Source: Rhodoferax sp. (GTDB taxonomy: Bacteria; Pseudomonadota; Gammaproteobacteria; Burkholderiales; Burkholderiaceae_C). From it: a DNA stretch of 64,000 bases. The notes beneath the pieces were generated by a model. It ran no database searches. It was given only the letters and a program-made list of their open reading frames with translations, and was not told the origin of the DNA. A program made the position numbers and the translations under genes. The stretch spans positions 19,031 through 83,030 of the forward strand of contig JAUSNJ010000162.1 in the NCBI GenBank assembly GCA_030645355.1, given 5' to 3'. Below, piece by piece: positions 50,019-58,337 of the stretch (within the stretch, counting starts at the first letter, position 1; every line of letters starts with the position of its first letter).

Positions 50019-51269
50019 CTAGCTATCCCCAACGACCTGGTTGCGCCCGCTTCTCTTGGCCTGGTAGAGGGCCTTGTCCCCGCGTTCGATCAACTCCAGA
50101 ACATGCCGGTCGCTCGCCCGCTTGAGGGCAATTCCGATGCTGACGGTCGCGGTGTAGAACTGGCCGCTGGCGTCCTGGAAGCGAAGGGCCTGCATGTTGG
50201 CGCAAATGCGATCCGCCACCTGGCGCGACTTTTGCTGATCGGCATGCGGTAAGACGATGCAGAACTCTTCGCCGCCAAGACGGCCAAACAGGTCGGACTC
50301 GCGCAATTCGGTGTTGACCGCTTGCGTGAAGCGGGTCAGGACTTCATCGCCCGCCGCATGGCCATGTCGGTCGTTGATGGACTTGAAGTGGTCCAGATCG
50401 AGGGCCAGCACGGCCAGGTCCGACGGGTAGCGTTGCGCGCTGCTGAAGGCCTGCGCGGCCTGCTCCATGAAGGCGCGCCGGTTGGCGATGCCGGTCAGGG
50501 AATCCACGGTGGCCAGCCGCTGCAGTTCGCGCTCCAGGTTCTTGCGCTGGGTCACATCGCGGTAAATGCCTTCAATCCCGCAAAATGCACCGCTGTCGTC
50601 ATACAGGGCATGGCTGCTGATGGAGATGTCGATGATCTGGCCATCGGCGCGCACCATTTGGCCGGGGAAGTCCGAGGCCTCGCCTTTTTCCTGGATGACC
50701 TTTTTGAAGGCATCGCGGTCTGAGCTTTGCGGGTAATAGGACTCGGCAGTGCGGCCGATGATGTCATGCGGCTCATAGCCCAGCACGCGCCGCACACCCG
50801 GCCCCACCATCTGCACCACGCCCTGGGCATTCGTGCGGTAATACACATCCTGCATGTTTTCAAACAGGCGCCGAAAGTTTTGCTCGCTGACGCGCAGTCG
50901 CTCTTCCATGGCGCTTTGATCACTCATGTCCATGGCCGTGACGACGATGGCATCGGTTTCGTGGTACCGCACCGGCGCACTGTTGACCAACAACGTCCGA
51001 AAGTTGCCCTTGCAGGTGAGCATCCGGATCTGGGTGGACAGGTTGGCGTCATCGCCAGGTTGCAGGCGCTGCAGGCGATGCAGTGACTGGGCTTGGTCCA
51101 TGGAATGAACGAATTCCGTGACCGGACGGCCCAACAACTCATGTGCGCTACCGGCTTCCAGCAGCCGCACGCACGCCGGATTGAGATGGACGATCAGGCC
51201 CTGGTGAAGCACCAGAACAGCGGCGGGCATGGCCTCGATCAAATCATGGTCTGTGGCCTGGTGGGTCAT
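50019..51269 (-). CDS. PAS-PAS-GGDEF diguanylate cyclase
   Basis: Two PAS/PAC domains, DSLTG..NRR, DLDHFK.IND..GH..GD, RESD I-site, GGEEF. Confidence 0.93.
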   Translation of the reverse strand: MTHQATDHDLIEAMPAAVLVLHQGLIVHLNPACVRLLEAGSAHELLGRPVTEFVHSMDQAQSLHRLQRLQPGDDANLSTQIRMLTCKGNFRTLLVNSAPVRYHETDAIVVTAMDMSDQSAMEERLRVSEQNFRRLFENMQDVYYRTNAQGVVQMVGPGVRRVLGYEPHDIIGRTAESYYPQSSDRDAFKKVIQEKGEASDFPGQMVRADGQIIDISISSHALYDDSGAFCGIEGIYRDVTQRKNLERELQRLATVDSLTGIANRRAFMEQAAQAFSSAQRYPSDLAVLALDLDHFKSINDRHGHAAGDEVLTRFTQAVNTELRESDLFGRLGGEEFCIVLPHADQQKSRQVADRICANMQALRFQDASGQFYTATVSIGIALKRASDRHVLELIERGDKALYQAKRSGRNQVVGDS

Positions 51270-51664
51270 GGCAGGGCGTGCGTCACGGCGTGGGCCACCA
51301 CCCGACCCAGCCAGGCATCGGCATCGGCCGTGGCACTGAACACCCGGGTCTGGTGCAGGGTGAGCCTGGCGGCAATCGTCGAATAGATGCGTTGCTGGAT
51401 TTGCGGATCGAGGGTGATGATAGCGACTTTGATATTCGGATTAGTCTGGAACGAGCCAATGCGCACCGCCCGGACTTCGTTCAACGCATCCTGGGAAAAG
51501 ACCGTCTCAACAGCAGACAGATAGTCGGAGACCTCATACGTCAAGCTGGGGAATTTGACATGGGAGGCAACGTCAACCACGGACTGCACCAGCTCGGATC
51601 CAGTCACTACGCCACTGAACTTTTTATAGACCCCGAGCGGTTCCCAATGTAGTGCGTAAGGCAT
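51266..51664 (-). CDS. small hypothetical protein (STAS/SpoIIAA-like)
   Basis: 132 aa; KFSGVVT..EL...V near the N-terminus, KVAII...RVF....ADAWL at the C-terminus; ATGA overlap with the cyclase. Confidence 0.6.
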   Translation of the reverse strand: MPYALHWEPLGVYKKFSGVVTGSELVQSVVDVASHVKFPSLTYEVSDYLSAVETVFSQDALNEVRAVRIGSFQTNPNIKVAIITLDPQIQQRIYSTIAARLTLHQTRVFSATADADAWLGRVVAHAVTHALP

Positions 51665-51990
51665 GGTTTTCCTGCGCGATAGAAATTCAAGCCGATGCGG
51701 CCAAGTATCGCACTTGGAACGGCCCTCGATCAGCGTAAGAACCCTCGATTGGCCTTGGGGCTCCATCGGGTCTGGCTAGCATCTGATTCGTCGTTTCATC
51801 CTGTCCCCCGTTGACTCGTTGCGCAAGATCATGATCGGGCTGGATGGGCAACGCCCCGCATTACACTGGCACGCAATTTGTTGGAGCCCGTCATACGCCG
51901 GGCAGGCGCAAGGTTTTGTTTTGCGCAATAAGAGACATTCCATTGCGGGCATCTGCAAAATGCCCTACACCATTTCTTCGTATCCAAATT

Positions 51991-53994
51991 ATGAAAAGCA
52001 CGAAAGACTTGAAGCCCTTCTGGGCACTGAAACTGGCGGCCTGCCTGGTCATGGGCTGTAGCCTGGGACCGATAGCCCAGGCCGCAGCCAGCACGCCGCC
52101 ACCCCTTGAAGCGTTTTTTGGCCCGGCCTCCATGATCGATGCCAAGCTGTCACCATCAGGCCGCTGGGTCGTCAGCCTGGTGGGCGGCGGCGGCATGCGC
52201 GACCGGCTGGTGCTGACCGATCTGGAAGGCAAGGAGCCCACCAAAATACTCACCGTGCTGAAGACGGCCGACGTGAGCAGTTTCCGTTGGGTGAATGAAG
52301 ACTGGCTCACCTACAGTGTTACCAGTGTTGACGAGGTCAATTTCAACCGCAAGGCCAATGGTCTGCTGGCCGTCAATCGCAAGGGTGACCGCACGCGTAT
52401 GTTGATCAAACGCAGCTATGAAAAAGTTGTGTCAGACCGGGTCGGCGCACGGGTGTTGGAACCGGACCACTATTACCTGGCGCCCGGCGCACCGGGCAAC
52501 AATGAAATTATCGTGGGCCATGCCAACTTCCAGCGCGCGGACTTGGCCCATGTGACGCCCCTCGCCCTGGATATTGAGAATGGGTCCACGCGCAAACTCG
52601 TGGACGCGGCCCCTCCCAATGTCCGCAGCTGGTTGTTTGACCATCAGGGCCGCGCCCGCCTCGCCGACAGCCGCGAGGAGCCCCAGTTCAGCACAATTTA
52701 CTGGTCGCCGGGTGACGGCAAGACCTGGACACGCATTGCCAAGTTCCCTATCCTGAAAATGGACTGGGTACCTGCCTACGTGAACAATGACACCCTGTTT
52801 GTTTACGGCGCTACCGGCCCCAAAGGGGAGGACCGGCTTTACCGCTTCAATTTTGAGACCGGCAAAGTGGAGTTGCCCGCCTGGATTGCGGCGCCCGGTT
52901 TTGATGCAGAGGCCACCCCCCTTGTCTCCCCCAAAACCGGCACACAGCATGGCGTACGCGTGATGGGCGAGACTGAGAACACGGTGTGGTTACACCCGGT
53001 GATGCAGGACGTGCAGAAGAAGATAGACGCTGCGCTGCCAGAGCGTATCAATACGCTGAGCTGCGGTGCCTGTGACACCCCCGGCAATGTGCTGGTGCAC
53101 TCATACTCCGACAAGGACCCGGGCCAGTACTTCGTCTACCAGATTGCGGGAAATAGCCTGCAACGCCTGGGCGTGCAGCGCCCGCAGATCCAGCCCGAGC
53201 AGTCGTTCGGGGTGCAGTTGCACAGGACTCCGGCACGGGATGGACTGGATCTGCCGGTCTGGATCACCGGCGCACCGCAGGCGGGCCAGCCGCCCAAACC
53301 GGCAATTGTGCTGGTCCACGGCGGGCCCTGGGTACGCGGTGGCCACTGGCGCTGGAATGAGCAGGCCGAGTTCCTGGCGTCGCGTGGCTATGTGGTCATC
53401 ATGCCGGAGTTTCGGGGCAGCGAAGGCTACGGCATCGTGCACCAGCGCGCCGGGTGGAAGCAGTGGGGCCAGGCCATGCAGGATGATGTGACGGACGCTC
53501 TGCGCTTCGCAGCCCAAAAGGGCTGGGCGGACACCAAGCGAGTGTGTATTGCGGGTGCCAGTTATGGCGGGTATGCCGCTTTAATGGGAGTGGCCAAGGA
53601 TACGGACCAGTACCGGTGCGCAGTGGCTTGGGTGGGCGTATCTGACCCGTCCCTGATGTTCTCGATCCACTGGTCGGACATCAGTGCCGATTCCAAGCAG
53701 TTTGCCATGCCCACTCTGATTGGCGACCCGGTCAAGGATGCCGGCATGCTGGCGGCCAACTCACCGTTGGTGAATGCCAAACGCATCAAGGCCCCGGTTC
53801 TGTTGGCCTATGGTGACAAGGACATGCGGGTGCCCATTGAACATGGCGAAAAGATGCGTGACGCCCTCCAGGCCAATGGCAATGCACCGGAGTGGGTGGT
53901 CTACGAGGGCGAAGGCCACGGCTGGCGGCGCCCTGAAACCAACTACGACTTTTGGGGCCGTGTAGAGAAGTTTCTGGCGAAGCACCTGAAGTAG
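51991..53994 (+). CDS. S9 (prolyl oligopeptidase family) peptidase
   Basis: Signal peptide, beta-propeller region, VHGGP, GASYGGY nucleophile, D.RV, EGHG. Confidence 0.92.
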   Translation: MKSTKDLKPFWALKLAACLVMGCSLGPIAQAAASTPPPLEAFFGPASMIDAKLSPSGRWVVSLVGGGGMRDRLVLTDLEGKEPTKILTVLKTADVSSFRWVNEDWLTYSVTSVDEVNFNRKANGLLAVNRKGDRTRMLIKRSYEKVVSDRVGARVLEPDHYYLAPGAPGNNEIIVGHANFQRADLAHVTPLALDIENGSTRKLVDAAPPNVRSWLFDHQGRARLADSREEPQFSTIYWSPGDGKTWTRIAKFPILKMDWVPAYVNNDTLFVYGATGPKGEDRLYRFNFETGKVELPAWIAAPGFDAEATPLVSPKTGTQHGVRVMGETENTVWLHPVMQDVQKKIDAALPERINTLSCGACDTPGNVLVHSYSDKDPGQYFVYQIAGNSLQRLGVQRPQIQPEQSFGVQLHRTPARDGLDLPVWITGAPQAGQPPKPAIVLVHGGPWVRGGHWRWNEQAEFLASRGYVVIMPEFRGSEGYGIVHQRAGWKQWGQAMQDDVTDALRFAAQKGWADTKRVCIAGASYGGYAALMGVAKDTDQYRCAVAWVGVSDPSLMFSIHWSDISADSKQFAMPTLIGDPVKDAGMLAANSPLVNAKRIKAPVLLAYGDKDMRVPIEHGEKMRDALQANGNAPEWVVYEGEGHGWRRPETNYDFWGRVEKFLAKHLK

Positions 53995-54018
53995 TCGGAG
54001 CAGCCAAGGAAAAGTCGT

Positions 54019-55437
54019 CTACGCAAACAGCCCATGCAGGTACCAGCGCGGCACTTCCCGCGTGGCCGCCAATGAACCCGCGCCGGGCTGGCCCAGACGG
54101 TCACGGTACACCCAGACCAGCCCCGCAGTCGCGCTGCGGGCCACGTAGTAGTCGCGCAGCGCGCAGTGGGCATCGCCCTCCAGCCAGCCAGACTCCAGGC
54201 GCTGGGGTCCCGCCAGCAGGTTCAGGGGGCCCTCGTATTGCGGGCAGCCCTGGTGCACGGTCAGGCGCAGGGGCGTGGCCAGCAGCCAGCTTGGGTAGAG
54301 GGCGCCCTGCGCCTGATCTTGTAAGACATTTAGGCCTATAGCCCTCGTGGAATATGCGTATACCGCTCCTGATTTAATAGCGGTCTGCGACGCATCCACC
54401 GCCGCCTGCCAGCGCTGCATGCGCTCGGGCCGGTGGTCGGCCATGAGCGTGGTGCAGCGCACCTGCTCTGGCCCTAAGCGTGCGCTCAGGCGCTCCAGCA
54501 GCTGGTGCAGGTTGTCGCCATGGCGCACATCGTCGCTCAACAGGCTGATGCTCTCCCCCGCCAGCGGCTGGGTCTGCAGGGAGCGCAACCGCAAATGCAG
54601 CACCGGGGCCGGCAGCGTCACCTGCGCCAGTTGCTCCGCGAGCAGGCGCGCCAGGTGCTGCATGTCCTGCGTGGCCTGCGCCGTGCGCAGCAGCAGTCGG
54701 CCCTGCCCGCCCCCGGTGTGGTGGGCGTCCACATGCAGGGCGTTGGAGCGCCGGGCGTCCAGCTCCCACAGCAGCTCCAGCGCCAGCACGCCACGCTGGC
54801 GCGCGCGCAGCCACAGCTGCAGCTGTGCCAGCAGGCGTCGGGCCCCAAACAGCAGGGCCGAGGCGGTCTCGACGCTGGACAACAGCTCCAGCGGCACGTC
54901 AAACACCTCGGGCAAAGTCAGCCAGGGGTAGAGCTCGGCGCGCTGGCCGTAAGCACAGTCCAGCGCATCAACCAATCCGGCGCCAAAGCGGCGCGCCACC
55001 CCCCCGCGCGGCAAGGCGCGCAGTTGGCCCCAGTTGGCAAGACCGAGGCGCACCAACGTAGGCAGGTGTGCGCGCGCTGCCACCAGGGTGTGCAGGGGCA
55101 AGGCATCGGGCGCGATGGTGGCGGTACCGCCAGTGGTACGGCTGGCACACTGCAGTCGCCCATATGCTATTAAAGATGTAGCGCCTTGTGCATATTCCAC
55201 GAGGGCTAGAGGCCAGTTTGGCTTAAGCAATTGATCCAGCAAGGCGGCCCGCCCGCCGAACAGGCGTTCGCTGGCCGAGACTTCCAGCACCAGCGCCGCC
55301 TCGACCCGTGCCACCAGGGGCGTGAACTGCAGCGCCCACCAGGCCCAGGCGCTGGGCGCGTCCACCAGCGGCGCGTCGGCCGCTGCCGCACCGGGCGCTT
55401 CAGGCGCGGGCTGCAGTGCGATCCAATGCATCACCAC
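54019..55437 (-). CDS. imuB: Y-family polymerase-like mutasome protein
   Basis: WALQFTP.V, LEV.AS.RLFGG, L.ERL.ARLG, DHRPE, GPQRLESGW, RDYY, WYLHGLFA. Confidence 0.88.
   Translation of the reverse strand: MVMHWIALQPAPEAPGAAAADAPLVDAPSAWAWWALQFTPLVARVEAALVLEVSASERLFGGRAALLDQLLKPNWPLALVEYAQGATSLIAYGRLQCASRTTGGTATIAPDALPLHTLVAARAHLPTLVRLGLANWGQLRALPRGGVARRFGAGLVDALDCAYGQRAELYPWLTLPEVFDVPLELLSSVETASALLFGARRLLAQLQLWLRARQRGVLALELLWELDARRSNALHVDAHHTGGGQGRLLLRTAQATQDMQHLARLLAEQLAQVTLPAPVLHLRLRSLQTQPLAGESISLLSDDVRHGDNLHQLLERLSARLGPEQVRCTTLMADHRPERMQRWQAAVDASQTAIKSGAVYAYSTRAIGLNVLQDQAQGALYPSWLLATPLRLTVHQGCPQYEGPLNLLAGPQRLESGWLEGDAHCALRDYYVARSATAGLVWVYRDRLGQPGAGSLAATREVPRWYLHGLFA
54326..54381 (+). repeat. 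fixed-spacing dispersed repeat, copy 6 (in frame inside imuB)
   Basis: ATTTAGGCCTATAGCCCTCGTGGAATATGCGTATACCGCTCCTGATTTAATAGC. Confidence 0.8.
55165..55220 (-). repeat. fixed-spacing dispersed repeat, copy 7 (in frame inside imuB)
   Basis: Reverse complement AAACTGGCCTCTAGCCCTCGTGGAATATGCACAAGGCGCTACATCTTTAATAGCA. Confidence 0.8.
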
Positions 55438-56119
55438 TCCTGATCTGACTGGCCTCCAGCAAACATGCCAGCCGCGCTGGGCGGGCGCCTAAGTGCAAGG
55501 GCTGGTCCATCGGCGGGCCCCGCCGTTTGAGGGCCCGCACCTCCAGCGTGTCGGACGCATCGCCGGACGGCGCCGCCCACAACCGCAGCGCGGCGGGCGA
55601 AGACTCGCTTTGGGCCTGCTCGGGGCGCAGCACAAACAGCAGCTTGGCGTACTCGGCGGCGGCCATCTGCAGGCGACGCAGCTGCTCCGGGCGCACCGGC
55701 GCCAGCCAGGCCAGCACGGCATCCACATCGGCGCAGCGCAGCGCCTGCTCGGTGGCCCACAGGCGCTGCGCACCCCCTTGGGCCCCGGCAGGCACCGCCA
55801 CCCACAGCAGGCGCTGCGGCAGCAGGCCCTGCGCACCCAGGGCCGGACCAAATGGCAGGTGGGGCGCGCCCACCAGCACCACGGCGCCGGTGCCACAGCG
55901 CTGCAGCGCGGGCAGCAGCAGGCGCCATTCGCTGTGGACGCCGGGGGGCTGCAAGATTTCGCTCAAGGCTCCCAGCGGCCAGCCTCCACCGGGTAACTGG
56001 GCATCGAGCAGGGCATCACCCGTGGCCACCACACGCCCCGGTGCCCCGGCCAGCGCATCGGCCTGCCAGACGTCCAGATGGGCGCCCGTACGGGACAGCA
56101 GATGGGCAGGGGCAGACAT
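55400..56119 (-). CDS. imuA: RecA-like mutasome protein
   Basis: TG...LDAQLPGGGWP.GAL.EIL, WATEQALR, LRRLQ.AA, KRRGP. Confidence 0.9.
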   Translation of the reverse strand: MSAPAHLLSRTGAHLDVWQADALAGAPGRVVATGDALLDAQLPGGGWPLGALSEILQPPGVHSEWRLLLPALQRCGTGAVVLVGAPHLPFGPALGAQGLLPQRLLWVAVPAGAQGGAQRLWATEQALRCADVDAVLAWLAPVRPEQLRRLQMAAAEYAKLLFVLRPEQAQSESSPAALRLWAAPSGDASDTLEVRALKRRGPPMDQPLHLGARPARLACLLEASQIRSGDALDRTAARA

Positions 56120-56137
56120 GTGTAAGCATTCGTAAAA

Positions 56138-56153
56138 CTGTATTTTTATACAG
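56138..56153. promoter_or_regulatory. LexA (SOS) box
   Basis: CTGTATTTTTATACAG (CTGT-N8-ACAG) ~20 bp upstream of imuA. Confidence 0.88.
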
Positions 56154-56210
56154 TATAGATCAATGCACTGCACCCGTACACTGCAGCTCTCCGCCACCCG
56201 CACACTAGGC

Positions 56211-58337
56211 ATGCCCTTTACTTTTCGTCCTCTGGCTGGTTTGCTCGTGTCCCTGGTGCTGATGTGCCCGGCCCTGGCCGACACGGTCCCCGTGCTGGAT
56301 ACCCATGCGCTGGCTGACCAGGCCATCCCACTGAACCGCTATATCGAGGTCCTGGAAGATCCCCGGCAGTCTTTAACCCTGGCCGATGTGCAAAAGCCAG
56401 CGCACGCAGAGCGTTTCAAGACCGTAGCCGAACCAGACCGCCAGTTGGGATTTGGCGTGACCGATTCCGCCTACTGGCTGAAACTGCGCCTGCACAACAG
56501 CAATCCGGCGCCGCGTCAGGTGATGCTGGAAATTGCCTATCCCCGCCTGGGGCATCTGGACTTCCATGTCCTGTCGGCAGACGGCCACGTGCAAAGCAGC
56601 CAGACCGGGCAGCTTCTGCCTTTTGCACAGCGGCCCTACCCCCACCATTTCTTTGTATTGCCCATCCACCTGTCGGCGCAATCCACACAAGCGGTGTACC
56701 TGCGCGTGCAGACGGGCAACACCATGAACGTCCCCGCACGGCTGTGGTCGCGCGAGGCCTTTGAGATCTATGAGCGCCACGACTACGTCAGCCAGGCCCT
56801 GTATTTCGGCATGGTGATGGCAATGGCCCTGTTCAACCTGCTGCTGTTCCTGGCCTTGCGTGACATCAACTACCTGCTGTACGTCGCCTTCGTGGCATCC
56901 ATCGCACTGACCATGGCGGCCTTCAATGGTCTGGCCTATGAATTTCTGTGGAGCAACTCGCCCACCGTGTCAACGGCCGTGACCTTCACAGGCCCCTCGA
57001 TGGCCATGATGACCCTGTTGCTGTTCACCCGGCGCATGCTGAACACGGCCACCCTGATGCCACGGCTGGACATCGGGCTCAAGATCTGCATGGCGCTCAA
57101 TCTGCTGGCCCCGTTGGGCCTGTTTTTCGCGTTTGCCGACGCCATCAGGCCAACCTACCTTTTTGTGGCCCTGTCAACGGTGCTGATCCTGCTGTCCGGC
57201 ATCGTCGGCTCGATCCAGCGGCAACGCAGTGCCTACTTTTTTCTGACCGCCTTTGCCGCGCTGTGCGTGGCCCTGTTCATGGCCCAGTTGCGCGGATTTG
57301 GTCTGGCGCCTAACCTGGAGACCACGACCAACTACATCCAGTTTGGCTCGGCCATCGAAATGCTGTTGCTGGCGTTTGCCCTTGCCGATCGGTTCAACGT
57401 GCTGCGCCAGGAGAAGGAGCACGCCCAGAACGAGGCGCTGCAGGCCCAGCAGGCGGCGGTGCAAACCCTGCAGACGTCAGAGCGCCTGCTGGAAGCCCGC
57501 GTCAACGCGCGCACCGTGGAATTGACCACGGCCCTGGAGCATTTGCAGCGCACCCGTGACGACCTGGTGCAGGCCGAAAAGCTGGCCTCGCTGGGGGCTC
57601 TGGTCGCTGGCGTAGCGCATGAGCTCAACACACCCATTGGCAATGCATTGACCACGGCATCCACGCTGCAACACCGCATGCAGACGTTCGGCGACACGGT
57701 ATCCCGGGGTGAGCTGCGGCGCTCTGCGCTGGACGACGTCGTGCGGGACAGCCAGGAGATGGCCGACCTGATTACCCGCTCCTGCGAGCGTGCCGGCCAG
57801 TTGATCAGCAGCTTCAAGCAGGTGGCGGTGGACCAGACCTCCGAGCAGCGCCGCCACTTTGACCTGCGCACCCTGGTCGAAGACAACATTGACGCCCTGC
57901 GGCCCAGCTTCAAACGCGCGCCTTGGGTGATCCAGATCGACATCCCGGACGGGCTGGACTGCGACAGTTACCCTGGCCCGCTGGGTCAGGTCATTGCCAA
58001 CCTGGTACAAAACGCCGCTTTGCATGCCTTTGCGGACTGCCCCCGGGGCCTCTTGCAGATCAGCGCACGTGCAGTGGATGACAGCATTGATCTGCGCATA
58101 GAAGACGACGGCAAAGGCATGGCCCCCGCCACGCTGGCACATATTTTTGAGCCGTTTTTTACGACCCGCTTGGGGCACGGAGGCTCGGGTCTGGGGCTAT
58201 CGGTGTCGCGCAATATTGCAACCGGCATGCTGGGCGGCCATCTGACCGCCCGCTCGGAGCCGGGGCATGGCAGCTGCTTCAGCCTGCATTTTCCAAAGGT
58301 GGCTCCACAGTTTGCGCATCCGCCACGGGGCCTATGA
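56211..58337 (+). CDS. 7TM-DISM sensor histidine kinase
   Basis: DISMED2-like periplasmic domain (AYWL), 7 TM segments, EKLASLG.LVAGVAHELNTP H-box, N/D/F/G boxes. Confidence 0.9.
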   Translation: MPFTFRPLAGLLVSLVLMCPALADTVPVLDTHALADQAIPLNRYIEVLEDPRQSLTLADVQKPAHAERFKTVAEPDRQLGFGVTDSAYWLKLRLHNSNPAPRQVMLEIAYPRLGHLDFHVLSADGHVQSSQTGQLLPFAQRPYPHHFFVLPIHLSAQSTQAVYLRVQTGNTMNVPARLWSREAFEIYERHDYVSQALYFGMVMAMALFNLLLFLALRDINYLLYVAFVASIALTMAAFNGLAYEFLWSNSPTVSTAVTFTGPSMAMMTLLLFTRRMLNTATLMPRLDIGLKICMALNLLAPLGLFFAFADAIRPTYLFVALSTVLILLSGIVGSIQRQRSAYFFLTAFAALCVALFMAQLRGFGLAPNLETTTNYIQFGSAIEMLLLAFALADRFNVLRQEKEHAQNEALQAQQAAVQTLQTSERLLEARVNARTVELTTALEHLQRTRDDLVQAEKLASLGALVAGVAHELNTPIGNALTTASTLQHRMQTFGDTVSRGELRRSALDDVVRDSQEMADLITRSCERAGQLISSFKQVAVDQTSEQRRHFDLRTLVEDNIDALRPSFKRAPWVIQIDIPDGLDCDSYPGPLGQVIANLVQNAALHAFADCPRGLLQISARAVDDSIDLRIEDDGKGMAPATLAHIFEPFFTTRLGHGGSGLGLSVSRNIATGMLGGHLTARSEPGHGSCFSLHFPKVAPQFAHPPRGL

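Noticed and set aside
51867-51881. Sigma-54-like TGGCACGCAATTTGT upstream of the S9 peptidase
   Set aside because: The -12 element is TTGT rather than TTGC and no enhancer-binding protein is nearby; too weak to call.
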